A stretch of 64,000 bases of DNA from a virus (IMGVR_UViG_3300042291_000844:128001-192000); one strand, 5' to 3'; shown: positions 45,032 to 55,421, counted from the first letter of the stretch. Translations and numbers: made by a program. The notes: generated from the sequence alone by a model not told the origin.

Positions 45032-45123
45032 CTCTAATAATGAATTCTGCCAGTAGATGTTTCTTATCTATTTTTTTAATTAGGTCGATAAGGGTTTCTA
45101 AGTCTTCGTAAAACTTTCCCATA

Positions 45124-45528
45124 TTATTTTATTATAAATCTCTTATATTGTTTCTCAGCCCTCTTAGATGCTAATTCATATGGATGAGTTTTATAAGTAT
45201 GACCCATCTTATAATATCGTGTCATCCATTTAGGTGATTGTAGGTAATGTTGATATTCATGTAATAAAGTTTTTATAAAATCGATTTTTGAATCTATATT
45301 ATCAACAACTAATACAATGATATTAGGTTCGGGGTCAAACCACCCTTCCATATTTTTAATATCCTTTTTTTTCAAAGGACCATCTGCAAACTCTTGTTTA
45401 ATTATATTTTTTGATTTAATAAATTGAAGTTTAGGAGTACGGGTATAATGACTACTTTTACCATATCGTTTTTTAATCAACTCAAAACTGCTCTTTACCT
45501 CTTTTATTAATTTTTTAGTTTTACCCAT
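45124..45528 (-). CDS. HExxH zincin-like protein, paralog of 19583-19960
   Basis: LHEYQHYLQSP.WMTRYY...HPYE. Confidence 0.75.
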   Translation of the reverse strand: MGKTKKLIKEVKSSFELIKKRYGKSSHYTRTPKLQFIKSKNIIKQEFADGPLKKKDIKNMEGWFDPEPNIIVLVVDNIDSKIDFIKTLLHEYQHYLQSPKWMTRYYKMGHTYKTHPYELASKRAEKQYKRFIIK

Positions 45529-45546
45529 ATTGATTTACTTTATAAG

Positions 45547-45578
45547 TAAAGATACGAAATAACTTTGGTAATACCAAA
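45547..45578 (-). promoter_or_regulatory. Bacteroidota-type promoter
   Basis: TTTG-N20-TATCTTTA. Confidence 0.75.
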
Positions 45579-45582
45579 TTTA

Positions 45583-45807
45583 TTATAGTATATTATTTTT
45601 TTTAGTTATATGTTTAACAAACCACCATAAATGTATCAACATTATTAAACAATTTACTAATATGATTGGGGTATCCCATTGTATAATGCCGTATAGTATC
45701 CATAGTATACAGCCAAATGTATTAGTAACACGCAATCGAAACATATCCGTAATCAGAAACGAAGCCATTGTTACCAACGTTGCAAGGTATCCTAATAGAT
45801 TTACCAT
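45583..45807 (-). CDS. Three-TM small membrane protein (PQ-loop/YgjV-like)
   Basis: GYLAT.....SF......LR..N..GC.LW..YG......PII.VN. Confidence 0.7.
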   Translation of the reverse strand: MVNLLGYLATLVTMASFLITDMFRLRVTNTFGCILWILYGIIQWDTPIILVNCLIMLIHLWWFVKHITKKNNIL

Positions 45808-46031
45808 GTTATAAGTTCTTCGTTTTTAACTTCCTTATAATACTGAGTCCTTAAATCATTTAATACTTCCTGCTGTGATACATTATATTTCCCATAGGTA
45901 AGAATATACTTTAAAATATCAGTTGAATCAGTAATATTTATTTTTGGACTACTTGTAGTTGGTAACCATCCCAATAGTATTAATAATCCTTTTGTTTGTT
46001 CTGCTGTTAATTTAAACAATTTTTCTTTCAT
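45801..46031 (-). CDS. Hypothetical protein
   Basis: ORF track. Confidence 0.5.
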   Translation of the reverse strand: MKEKLFKLTAEQTKGLLILLGWLPTTSSPKINITDSTDILKYILTYGKYNVSQQEVLNDLRTQYYKEVKNEELITW

Positions 46032-46032
46032 A

Positions 46033-46533
46033 TTAATATTTTATTTGTTGCCATTCATTGTTTATAAACTTCCAATGTTGTATGTGATTAATCCCCACTT
46101 CAAATGGTATACTGATAAAGGATGCTTGAATATCGGTATAACCTTTTTTCTTTAATCCTTCCCACACTACTCTATTGTTCTTATAGTGTTCTATTATTCG
46201 ATATGGATACCACAATAACTCAGTTGTAGAGTTATCACTAAATTGAATATAATCTACTTTCCAATCTCCGTAATCGCCGGTATCATTCCAATAACGTAAC
46301 TTACGTGCAGGTAATCTAAATATACCCTCTGATTTAAATTGTTCGTAGTGGTTGTATTTATTCATCTCAACATCACATCCTCTTTTATATTGTGGAGCGA
46401 TTAAATCTAAATCCCAATATCCACCATACTCAATACCATACCAACCCCTATCTTCTAAAAACGCCTTAGCAACAATCCTATCGTATGTATCATCGTGATT
46501 TAGTGCTGCGGGTTTGGTTACTACATTATTCAT
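46033..46533 (-). CDS. Hypothetical, possible PD-(D/E)xK nuclease-like fold
   Basis: DLDL....GCDVEM pattern; weak. Confidence 0.45.
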   Translation of the reverse strand: MNNVVTKPAALNHDDTYDRIVAKAFLEDRGWYGIEYGGYWDLDLIAPQYKRGCDVEMNKYNHYEQFKSEGIFRLPARKLRYWNDTGDYGDWKVDYIQFSDNSTTELLWYPYRIIEHYKNNRVVWEGLKKKGYTDIQASFISIPFEVGINHIQHWKFINNEWQQIKY

Positions 46534-46877
46534 TAGTTAAGATTTATACTTGATTCGAATTTACTCCTTTCAATTGGTTCATATGAATAGGGGGATTCCT
46601 TAATTTGTTTAATCATTTTATACAATACCGCACATTCCTCATACCACTCCACCTCCGTTGCCCATTCTAACATTTCAGTTATATCTGATATCTTTTCATC
46701 CATTGATATTGAGGTATCAGACATCAACTCAGTTCGGAATCTCACATCCATTAACATATGGATAGAATGTTCAAATAATTTATCGCGTAGGGAATTAAGA
46801 GCTTCAAAGTTTTTATCTCCGGTTACCCATTCATTACTTTCGTGTTCATCTGAATTAAACATATCATCCCAAGCCAT
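46533..46877 (-). CDS. Hypothetical with UvrB/C-like motif
   Basis: EVEWYEECAVL. Confidence 0.55.
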   Translation of the reverse strand: MAWDDMFNSDEHESNEWVTGDKNFEALNSLRDKLFEHSIHMLMDVRFRTELMSDTSISMDEKISDITEMLEWATEVEWYEECAVLYKMIKQIKESPYSYEPIERSKFESSINLN

Positions 46878-46880
46878 AAT

Positions 46881-47582
46881 CTATTGTGTTTTAAGTTTCT
46901 TTTTATATTTCTTTGCTGCCTTTATTAATTCCTTATTTAGTGGTTGTGTTTCTACCGAAACCATTACTACTGCACTGCTATCTAATGCGGATAATTTTTC
47001 CTCAAATTCATCAGCCATACCTTCGTAATCATATACCCTATTACCCACATCATCAGTATAAAAGTTTACAGGGACCGTAAAGAATACAGCACCGGTATCT
47101 TGTTTATATGGGTTACCATCAAACCCACCATCAATGGAATCTATATCAAATCCCTCTTCGTGTGCATTATGTTCTGCAATTGCAGCATCTACTGAATCCT
47201 CAGTATACTCGCGTGTCTGCCATTCATCATCATATAATCCCAACTGCTCATCATATTCCATCATTTCTGTCAGACGGGTTCTAACTGATTCCTTTACATC
47301 GCTATGAAAGACAGCGTTTGCAACCTCATCATCTTGCCATTCGGTTAACTTTTCTTTTAACTCTTCGTTATCAGTTTCCCTATACTCATCTGCTCTATCT
47401 AATACCCAATTCTTAAATGATGTTTGATGATATCCTAATCCTACAATGAGGGTTTGGAACGCATCCATCAATTCATCTAAATCAGTATCGCTATGGTCTA
47501 TCTCAACCGATACCTTTGTACCATATTGTTGAGCCGTAATGATTGTGGGCTTTATAAAGTCCGTTATACTTTTGTTATTCAT
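46881..47582 (-). CDS. Acidic hypothetical protein
   Basis: ORF track. Confidence 0.6.
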   Translation of the reverse strand: MNNKSITDFIKPTIITAQQYGTKVSVEIDHSDTDLDELMDAFQTLIVGLGYHQTSFKNWVLDRADEYRETDNEELKEKLTEWQDDEVANAVFHSDVKESVRTRLTEMMEYDEQLGLYDDEWQTREYTEDSVDAAIAEHNAHEEGFDIDSIDGGFDGNPYKQDTGAVFFTVPVNFYTDDVGNRVYDYEGMADEFEEKLSALDSSAVVMVSVETQPLNKELIKAAKKYKKKLKTQ

Positions 47583-47729
47583 ATTATTTGTTTTTAATTG
47601 TTTTCATCTAAATCCCAATCGGCCTCGTTGTTATCCCCAATGGTGTTACCCATCTTTACCATCATATAGGTAAATCCTATAACTCCACTAAACCATACTA
47701 CCATTATTATTATTTCCGTTTCCATCTTC

Positions 47730-48344
47730 TTATATTGTTGAACAGTAATTTACTCTCCATAACCCATCAGACCCCTTTACTAAATATCTCCCACATCTCC
47801 TTTTAGCATCTTGTCGCTTCAAATTATGTAGGTGATGTATAAATGAACCTCCCCTTTCTTTGTCGCTAAAACCTCTTATTTTCAATTGATAGTAGTTCTG
47901 CATATCAGTAAATCGAACCCCATTCCCCAATACACCACCAGAGTTGCATTCCACAAAGTCCAGTAGCTCTTGTGCCACCCATCCCCATTCGCCCTTCACT
48001 AGTTTCTCACCACCAGTTATCCGATAGTAATCCGACCTTACCCTATTAAGGAAGTCCGAATAAGTGTTCCAATACTTACCGGCAGTGATTATCATATCTA
48101 ATTCACGCCAGATAACGAAACGGTCTTCAGTCGTGTATCGGGTATTCATCATAACCCAATCACGAAGCCTTAATAGACCCGTAGTATATTCCGGTGTCAG
48201 TTCAGCATATGATATGTAGTAGGGTTCTATACTCGCTAACTCCTCTCTCGTACTCCGTGCTGGGGTATAGGTAGGTGTAGGGTATTGTAGTGTACTACTT
48301 AGTATACTATGTAGTGTAGGAGTATTAAGGCTTGTAGGGTTCAT
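47730..48344 (-). CDS. Hypothetical protein
   Basis: ORF track. Confidence 0.55.
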   Translation of the reverse strand: MNPTSLNTPTLHSILSSTLQYPTPTYTPARSTREELASIEPYYISYAELTPEYTTGLLRLRDWVMMNTRYTTEDRFVIWRELDMIITAGKYWNTYSDFLNRVRSDYYRITGGEKLVKGEWGWVAQELLDFVECNSGGVLGNGVRFTDMQNYYQLKIRGFSDKERGGSFIHHLHNLKRQDAKRRCGRYLVKGSDGLWRVNYCSTI

Positions 48345-48534
48345 ATACGCAACGTCGTTTAAGGTTTAAATGTTTTTCTTCTTTGTTCTTCGAACCACTT
48401 ATGTAGTTCTTCGTTTCTCTTACGCGGGAATCTTTTATCCTCTTCGGGAAAGTACTTCTCCCATAGAACCAATGCCCACATAATAATGCCAAAGGATACT
48501 AAGGTTATACCTGTTAGTAAATCTGCACGTTCCA

Positions 48535-49380
48535 TTATTCTAAAATGTTTATATTGGTTAACAATGGTTTTAGGTGGAGGTTTTCTTTAAGGTAATCCAT
48601 ATGAATATAGTAGTGTTCAAATTGAACGGCCTTTATATCACTTGAAAAGGGTGAACCTTCATATACCCATTCTTTATATGGACTCTTATATAATTGTCCT
48701 GCATAAGGATTAAACTTTAATAACCCACTATTAGATATCTTTAAATAATCTAAATAAGGATTTTTTATTTTTAAATAAGGTTGGTCATTAAATAACATCG
48801 GTGCGTGATAAATCTCATTTGATTCAAAGTTTATCAAGTTAATTTTATATTTTTTGTTTTCCTTAAAGTATTGTTTGATTATATCTAACTCACATCCTTC
48901 AGTATCTATTGATACCCAATCAATTACCTCCGGTGTTTTGTACTTATCGAATAGAGAACATAGTGTAAGTGTATTAACATCAAACTCACCTACTACCTCC
49001 GACATCCTTGCATCGTTTATCGAACTCTTTAATCCTGAATATGATGGTATCTCCCTACATTCAAATACTGCAGTTCCGTTTGAATCTGATATTGCTTCGG
49101 TACTGATATTACAATTTCTATGTAACTTCAATTCTTCTTTCCAAGTAGGATTTGGTTCTACTACAATACCATTCCACCCCAATGTTCTTTCAAATAAAAA
49201 TGATTGAGACATTCTAATTCCATCCAAAGCACCTACCTCTACAAAATAACCATTTCGTTTATTTCCAAATACCACATCTTTATAAAAGATATCGTTATAC
49301 AAATCATGATAAAATGGTTCGTATATATACTCACCTAATTCGGTATGAGTTTGTCGGTTACTATCTATATCTGATGCGTG
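48535..49380 (-). CDS. FkbM-family methyltransferase (start probably MEHASD)
   Basis: FVEVGALDG...S.S..FE...W.G..VEPNP; SIDTEG.E. Confidence 0.9.
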   Translation of the reverse strand, partial: HASDIDSNRQTHTELGEYIYEPFYHDLYNDIFYKDVVFGNKRNGYFVEVGALDGIRMSQSFLFERTLGWNGIVVEPNPTWKEELKLHRNCNISTEAISDSNGTAVFECREIPSYSGLKSSINDARMSEVVGEFDVNTLTLCSLFDKYKTPEVIDWVSIDTEGCELDIIKQYFKENKKYKINLINFESNEIYHAPMLFNDQPYLKIKNPYLDYLKISNSGLLKFNPYAGQLYKSPYKEWVYEGSPFSSDIKAVQFEHYYIHMDYLKENLHLKPLLTNINILE

Positions 49381-49385
49381 TTCCA

Positions 49386-49580
49386 TTATTTCTTTTTTGG
49401 GTTTGGTTTGGTCACATCCCTTAACATCTCCCAATCTTCTTTGGATATGGGTTTAGCAAGGAATATAGATTGTCGTATAAATGGGGATTGTGCTATGTGC
49501 ATGAAATCTGACCTCTTCCTTTCAAATACTTCAACGAACTCATCATACGTCTTTGTTCCTGTTATAATATCTATTGACAT
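49386..49580 (-). CDS. Hypothetical protein
   Basis: Follows promoter. Confidence 0.55.
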   Translation of the reverse strand: MSIDIITGTKTYDEFVEVFERKRSDFMHIAQSPFIRQSIFLAKPISKEDWEMLRDVTKPNPKKK

Positions 49581-49598
49581 GGTGGTTATTATTTAAAG

Positions 49599-49630
49599 CT
49601 AAGATACGAATAAAAATCCGTATTTCCAAA
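49599..49630 (-). promoter_or_regulatory. Bacteroidota-type promoter, identical to 55676-55707
   Basis: TTTG-N20-TATCTTAG. Confidence 0.8.
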
Positions 49631-49636
49631 TTTATT

Positions 49637-49993
49637 TTAAGTTTTTAAGTAGTTCTCCTCTATCAGATGCTTAAAGTAATCCTCTATGGACTTCATAAAC
49701 TCATTAGGGGTTTTCATATTTTTAGGACTAAACCCAAATGTTGGATAGGTGAATGGTGGAAATACTGCATTAGGGCCGGAGGTATCATCCATCAATTGTA
49801 AGGTATAGAATTCACCAACGAAATTATGTTCTAATACCCTATTTAATACCAACCTCATATAATGGTTATAGGTATCCGATTTAATGGCCATATGATAGGA
49901 TTCCGGTATGGGGGTAGTAACCCTAGTGATATGATAATCAGTCCCTATTATATGGGTGTTATTAATTTTTTCTATGTTTCGTATTGTTAACAT
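49637..49993 (-). CDS. Hypothetical protein
   Basis: LT..NIEK N-terminus. Confidence 0.55.
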   Translation of the reverse strand: MLTIRNIEKINNTHIIGTDYHITRVTTPIPESYHMAIKSDTYNHYMRLVLNRVLEHNFVGEFYTLQLMDDTSGPNAVFPPFTYPTFGFSPKNMKTPNEFMKSIEDYFKHLIEENYLKT

Positions 49994-50231
49994 ATTGTTT
50001 TATTTTATATACAACCATTACACTCAGTATTAGGATATTGAATGCGTAGTTAAAAAGGAGTGGCATATCTCTTAATGGTATAATGTATATAAACATAAAC
50101 ACTTCACCCAAATACCACATCATAAGGAATGGCCAACCTAAGTGGCATCTCCCATCTTTAATTGTTCTTATCATTTCAGGGAACGCACATACTCCTAAGA
50201 ATATTGCCCCTAAGTAACCCAGTATTTCCAT
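49962..50231 (-). CDS. SemiSWEET/PQ-loop-like three-TM protein
   Basis: GYLGA......FPE...TIK.G....L...F. Confidence 0.75.
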   Translation of the reverse strand: MEILGYLGAIFLGVCAFPEMIRTIKDGRCHLGWPFLMMWYLGEVFMFIYIIPLRDMPLLFNYAFNILILSVMVVYKIKQYVNNTKHRKN

Positions 50232-50252
50232 ATTATCGTTTTTGTAGTTTTT

Positions 50253-50666
50253 CTATTTCCTCATCCAGTGAGGTAGGCTGTTTATCATATTATATAGTTG
50301 TGCTGATATAGAGAATGCTGATGATATCGGCGATATCGGCATTGATAGGTTTTCTAAATCTATTAACCTCTCTACCAATAATTCCCAATTCTGTCTGAAC
50401 CCACTTATTGTCCGAATCGCATCGGTTTGGACTTGTATTTGAGTATGTAGTTTATTTTTAGGATTACCCAACCAGATGATATGCTCATGTGGATTTGGAT
50501 TATTAATATGTAAGGATAACTCCCACTTCGGTTTCTGTGGTAAGTTTAGATTCAATACATCTGCAAGGTATTCCGTTTCATACGCATTGTGTATTGGGTT
50601 AACTATACAATAACCTCTATATGTAATACCACTCAATTTCTCCCACCCTTTTATTTTTACTCCCAT
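50253..50666 (-). CDS. Hypothetical protein
   Basis: ORF track. Confidence 0.5.
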   Translation of the reverse strand: MGVKIKGWEKLSGITYRGYCIVNPIHNAYETEYLADVLNLNLPQKPKWELSLHINNPNPHEHIIWLGNPKNKLHTQIQVQTDAIRTISGFRQNWELLVERLIDLENLSMPISPISSAFSISAQLYNMINSLPHWMRK

Positions 50667-51832
50667 TAGATTAAACTTTTAGGTTTAGTTACATTACCAA
50701 TCTCATAAAGCCTATCTATGAAAAGGTCTTTACATATTTGTTTACGATACTCTGAATTAAAGTATAACTCCTGATTGTATCTGCAGATGGTTCTCACCTC
50801 AGGCGAATCCCATACTCTTGCCAATTCTACGGCACTATCTATAATTTTAGTTATCTTCTCTCCACCACCCATATCGTCATAATCCTCATTGATTACGGAA
50901 TTGAATGTTTTGAATCCCATATCCCTTAGGGCTTTGAGATGTCCTTTCGATGCTGATATAACAAATGGTCTTCCTAAGTATATTGCCTTAAATGTTTTTT
51001 CCGTTAGGTGTATTGCATCATCATCTAATATCGTTTCGGTTATAATATCTACTTTACTTCGATAATACCATTCTGGGTTTATGGTGAATAGGAATTCATC
51101 GTGGTACGATAATCTACTACCATACATCACATCCCCTTCCAATTGGATACCATCAAACTCATCTATGTTTATATTCAGTTCGGATATTAGTTTCTTACTT
51201 ATCTTATTAGCGGGTACAAAGTTATCTACCCACGTGAAACGAGTATCTCCTAGCAATCCCCTATTAAACAACTCTTCTATGATTCGGTATTTGTGATGAT
51301 ACATCCTTCGGTTTAAACATAAGAACTCCTTATCCGGTTGGATAGTGGGGTTCATACCTAACTCACCAATATCACCCTTCATATGATTATAGGTTGATAA
51401 GAAAAAATGTGGGAAATAGAAAGTATTCAAGGTGTGGTTATTATATCGTATTTTATGTATCCCAATTCTTGATGAATCATTCTTCACCACAATCAAGCGA
51501 TTGATATCAATTCCCTTTAATTTTAACGCATTCAAAAAGGATACACTCAATTTATCTACCCTCTGATGTGCCTCTCTAGAGAAATCCCCCATAAAGTAAA
51601 AGTTCTGATGTTGTATCCTATCCAATAGGTTTAGGAACTCATCTGATATAGTATTGGTTGTATATGGAAGCTTGGGACTGGTTTCCCATACAAAGACTAA
51701 GAAGTTTAGTTTGCTCGGGTCTATGATATCGGTATTCACATTCTTAAAACGAATACCTATATCCATTCTTTCAAGCATTTCCCTAACACCAGAACCTTCC
51801 ATTATATCGGTATACCAAAAATCTATTTCCAT
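50666..51832 (-). CDS. Glycosyltransferase-like phage protein
   Basis: FLCLNRR, DIITET, LTEKTFKAI...PF, GFKTF...I.E.YD; ends KSLI. Confidence 0.6.
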   Translation of the reverse strand: MEIDFWYTDIMEGSGVREMLERMDIGIRFKNVNTDIIDPSKLNFLVFVWETSPKLPYTTNTISDEFLNLLDRIQHQNFYFMGDFSREAHQRVDKLSVSFLNALKLKGIDINRLIVVKNDSSRIGIHKIRYNNHTLNTFYFPHFFLSTYNHMKGDIGELGMNPTIQPDKEFLCLNRRMYHHKYRIIEELFNRGLLGDTRFTWVDNFVPANKISKKLISELNINIDEFDGIQLEGDVMYGSRLSYHDEFLFTINPEWYYRSKVDIITETILDDDAIHLTEKTFKAIYLGRPFVISASKGHLKALRDMGFKTFNSVINEDYDDMGGGEKITKIIDSAVELARVWDSPEVRTICRYNQELYFNSEYRKQICKDLFIDRLYEIGNVTKPKSLI

Positions 51833-52146
51833 TATACTGCTGATTTCTGAAATGATATCATCTTACTTAATAATTTATCCCTATCCTTTAAATTCGGAAT
51901 CGTAATGATTTGATTCGTATTTGATTTCTTCTTTCTATCCTCAAACGAAATTAGGACACCCCTTCTATTGGTGTAATCCTTATATATCATTATCTCATTG
52001 TAATCAGTACTATGTGACCACGCTATATGGTATAGGTAGTATTCAGTATTCTCACCCCTATACGCAATTTGTACACTACTACCATCAAGTAGTATATGTC
52101 TAGCTGTTAGCTTATTGGGGTCGTCTAACCGGATTTTTCTACTCAT
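51832..52146 (-). CDS. Hypothetical protein
   Basis: ORF track. Confidence 0.5.
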   Translation of the reverse strand: MSRKIRLDDPNKLTARHILLDGSSVQIAYRGENTEYYLYHIAWSHSTDYNEIMIYKDYTNRRGVLISFEDRKKKSNTNQIITIPNLKDRDKLLSKMISFQKSAV

Positions 52147-52415
52147 TATTCAATCGTTACATTTAATCCCCTCAATACTAAGGCATCTTTGTATTTAACC
52201 AAATCCTCATATGAACCCCTTTTGACAGAACACTTACCGGTATTGTGAATAATCATTGCACATTGTTCCGCTTGTGTCGCCTCATGCCCTAATAAAGTAA
52301 TAAGACAAAGGATGACCCATTCAAAGGTATTGTAATCATCGTTCCAAATAATGAGGTTAGATTCTAATCCTGTCCCAATTACCTCATCCAATTCTATTTC
52401 ATCTAATTCAATCAT
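52146..52415 (-). CDS. clpS: ATP-dependent Clp protease adaptor ClpS-like
   Basis: IIWNDDYNTFEWVI..L....A.Q.A..IH..GKC.V. Confidence 0.85.
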   Translation of the reverse strand: MIELDEIELDEVIGTGLESNLIIWNDDYNTFEWVILCLITLLGHEATQAEQCAMIIHNTGKCSVKRGSYEDLVKYKDALVLRGLNVTIE

Positions 52416-52669
52416 ATTACATTTGCTTTATCCCATTCCTTTTTAAGATACCATCGGTACTTAACTTGTGAATCCTCATTAAACTCTTCTAAGATATAAG
52501 TAAGAAGCCCTTTGGTGGATGCATCATATACCCCCGACGTATAAGTCCAAGCTAATTGTTGGCGATGGTTATGCGCCTGAACCTTAGTTCGAATCATCCA
52601 ATCCCATTCATCTTTTATCAACCAACCCAACCATTCCTTTTGTATTGGTTTTAATACTTCATGTTTCAT
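52412..52669 (-). CDS. Hypothetical protein
   Basis: ORF track. Confidence 0.5.
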   Translation of the reverse strand: MKHEVLKPIQKEWLGWLIKDEWDWMIRTKVQAHNHRQQLAWTYTSGVYDASTKGLLTYILEEFNEDSQVKYRWYLKKEWDKANVI

Positions 52670-53004
52670 ATCAATTCGTTTTGCGTAACACTAATACTAC
52701 AAATGACTCATCCTCCCATAGTAGTAAGGATAAGAACTAAGTAATTACTCAATCCCCATAAGAGAAAGAGTATACCTAAGCCAACCCCTATAAGGAAACC
52801 TATACTACCAATAACTCTCTCTACCCACTTACTCACCTACCAACTCCAACATATCCCTCCAAGCAAGAGAACACTCATTACTCTCCGAACCACCCTCCTC
52901 AATCTCAGATACAGCAAGGTGATATAAATCCCTTAACTCATCTGCCTGTTTGGGATACATATCTATTAATCTCAGTACCTCCAATCTCAACTCTCTTAAA
53001 CCTA

Positions 53005-53220
53005 TCATATCGTATTCCTATTTATTGTTTCGTTTGTCGGTAATACATAATGGATATCTAATTCACTTAGGACACTTTGTATCATTGAATCACCTATTCC
53101 ACTATTGGTTTTTGTATGTTCTAAGTAGTGGTCTATATACATTTGTGCCGTTACTACCTTACCATCCTTTGTGACTTCTATCTTAATGATACCACTTTCA
53201 TTTGTTATTTCGTTACTCAT
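53005..53220 (-). CDS. Hypothetical protein
   Basis: Follows promoter. Confidence 0.55.
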   Translation of the reverse strand: MSNEITNESGIIKIEVTKDGKVVTAQMYIDHYLEHTKTNSGIGDSMIQSVLSELDIHYVLPTNETINRNTI

Positions 53221-53238
53221 ATTATTAATTATTTATAC

Positions 53239-53270
53239 CAAAGATACGAAAAGTATTCCATATTTCCAAA
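53239..53270 (-). promoter_or_regulatory. Bacteroidota-type promoter
   Basis: TTTG-N20-TATCTTTG. Confidence 0.8.
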
Positions 53271-53292
53271 TCTAAAAAAGAAGTACCCACCC

Positions 53293-53679
53293 TTAACTTC
53301 CCATTTGAAGCCTATCATTGGAATAACACTCCCGAATCCCATTAAGGATATCCCTACCATCTTCCCCATAGACCTCGAAATCTAAGACTCCCCCTAAATG
53401 TTTGACAATCGCTGAACCATTTAGGGTAATCAAATGGGGTGTATGACCATCTTCTAGAAACCCTATATGGACTTCGAATCCCTTGCCAAAGTTATGTAAG
53501 GAATCAAAATGCCAAATCATCTTTTCAATACCTGCCTTATGGCGTTCGGTTAATCGGTAGTTTCCGTTTGGAGTACGTGTTCCTGTTGGACCACTAGTAA
53601 CTGTTACTATTGGTATTGTATTTCCACTACTCATTACCTTTTTAATAATTCCTAATGTATTTGCTGTATTCATACTCAT
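53293..53679 (-). CDS. Hypothetical protein
   Basis: ORF track. Confidence 0.55.
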   Translation of the reverse strand: MSMNTANTLGIIKKVMSSGNTIPIVTVTSGPTGTRTPNGNYRLTERHKAGIEKMIWHFDSLHNFGKGFEVHIGFLEDGHTPHLITLNGSAIVKHLGGVLDFEVYGEDGRDILNGIRECYSNDRLQMGS

Positions 53680-53882
53680 ATTGACTCATTTATTCTTTGA
53701 TATACTATATCACCCCATAGGGGTAACCAACCTATTTTTTCCTAGAGTGAAAAAGCTCGCCTCGATAAAAAAACGTATCCGAGCCCCTTCGGGCCTCTTC
53801 GCCTTTTCTTGAGTTACAAGAAACCTCAAGGGGGCGGGGTCAGCGTGAGCTCCCCTCCCTCGTGATACATATTGTTACATAC

Positions 53883-54221
53883 TTAGCCTAAGAGGTCTAC
53901 TTGTGGGTTTGCCGCAATTTCCTCCGGAGTCATAGAACTTGAGAGACCTAACTCTTGAAGTTCGCGAATCGCTTCCCTCTTTCCTCCCCTAATAAGATTC
54001 TCTGCTCCCTGTACATCTACCGCGATAATTGCTTTATCTAAAGTGATGTATCTTCTATCTATGATAGATTTCATTTTTGCTGGTCCCTTCTCTATCCATA
54101 CCATATCGGGATACTTCTCTGATGGGGTATATAGAATCTTTACGTTCTTATACTTCCATACTCCCTCTTCCATTTCTTTTAATCCGTTCATACTATTGTG
54201 TGTTTTATTTATTTGAGTCAT
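53883..54221 (-). CDS. Hypothetical early protein
   Basis: ORF track. Confidence 0.6.
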   Translation of the reverse strand: MTQINKTHNSMNGLKEMEEGVWKYKNVKILYTPSEKYPDMVWIEKGPAKMKSIIDRRYITLDKAIIAVDVQGAENLIRGGKREAIRELQELGLSSSMTPEEIAANPQVDLLG

Positions 54222-54235
54222 TTTAATTATTAGTG

Positions 54236-54814
54236 TTACGCAACCTTTAAGTAAGGTAAGGCTTTCTCGATAGTGGCATCGGTTACTTTGTAACTCTTAA
54301 CCTTCTCAATCGCCTTCTCTAAGGATATCGGTCCCCAAACGTACTTACCGGCAATCATATCGGTCAACATACGAATCACATCAGGATATGTTCCGAAAGG
54401 CGCCTTATTACCAACATGAACATATTTCACACCTGCCTCTATATCCATACCCTTCTCAGTCTTCATACCACTTACTTCGTATGAATCGTAACAATCTGTC
54501 CAACCATTAAACTTACCATACTCAAATGAGTTGGCGATAGTTCTAATATCAGCGTATATCGCTGGTGATACTTCCGAACCATCTGGCATACACATATCCA
54601 CATCTAAGGAGTTACCATTAGCGAAGGATGATGATTTACACCATATCAGGATATTAGGGTATTTGGACTTGGTATATGATTTAACTATCTTACCCGCGAT
54701 TACTGGACTACCATATACATAGGGGGTAACACCATCATTTCTCATTCTGATGACCTCTGCAGGTAACTCAACTTTAACTCCATTTACTACGATTGCGATT
54801 TTCTTACTTTTCAT
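54236..54814 (-). CDS. LPD29-like (large polyvalent protein-associated) domain protein
   Basis: KYP....W.KSSSFANGNSLDV...FEYGKFNGWTDCY. Confidence 0.6.
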   Translation of the reverse strand: MKSKKIAIVVNGVKVELPAEVIRMRNDGVTPYVYGSPVIAGKIVKSYTKSKYPNILIWCKSSSFANGNSLDVDMCMPDGSEVSPAIYADIRTIANSFEYGKFNGWTDCYDSYEVSGMKTEKGMDIEAGVKYVHVGNKAPFGTYPDVIRMLTDMIAGKYVWGPISLEKAIEKVKSYKVTDATIEKALPYLKVA

Positions 54815-54850
54815 GTTTTATATTTTAATTGTTTATCTCTTATTACAAAG

Positions 54851-54882
54851 CTAACATACGAAGAATAATCGGTATTACCAAA
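54851..54882 (-). promoter_or_regulatory. Bacteroidota-type promoter (TTAG variant)
   Basis: TTTG-N20-TATGTTAG. Confidence 0.75.
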
Positions 54883-54919
54883 TGTTTTACCAATTATTTT
54901 TCAGAAAGTTATCAACATT

Positions 54920-55378
54920 TTATGCCGCCTTAGGGGTATTGTAAACGAAGGACTTACAACTATGGAACTTCGTGTTCATTCTCTTCCATATGTTCCAGTC
55001 AACCATCTTAGGGAACGCACCATGCATATCACCTACTGTCAGTGCCTCTAAGAGGTTCATATCTATACTACACCATTTACCACCCTTAGTAGTCAGAACG
55101 TGAAACCAATTGGATTTACCATTGGTAACCCTCTCTACCTCCACCACTGTGGTGTTCTTAGATAGGTAATAGGGTAATGACTCCACCTTACACTCTACAT
55201 CACATATCATAGGGAATCCGGCTCTTGCCTTCGCAGTGTATCTGAATCGGTGTTCCTTACCGGGTTCAGTTAACTTACTAACGATAACATTCGCTCCATT
55301 AATACGGATGTTACCATAGAACACATCCCCACCCATTGTACCTTTGTTTACTTCGATTAAATTTGTCATATCTCTCAT
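54920..55378 (-). CDS. Hypothetical early protein
   Basis: Starts ATGAGAGATATG just after promoter. Confidence 0.65.
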   Translation of the reverse strand: MRDMTNLIEVNKGTMGGDVFYGNIRINGANVIVSKLTEPGKEHRFRYTAKARAGFPMICDVECKVESLPYYLSKNTTVVEVERVTNGKSNWFHVLTTKGGKWCSIDMNLLEALTVGDMHGAFPKMVDWNIWKRMNTKFHSCKSFVYNTPKAA

Positions 55379-55389
55379 TGTTTATAAAG

Positions 55390-55421
55390 CTAATCTACAA
55401 CTAATAATCCACATTTCCAAA
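55390..55421 (-). promoter_or_regulatory. Bacteroidota-type promoter (TTAG variant)
   Basis: TTTG-N20-TAGATTAG. Confidence 0.75.
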
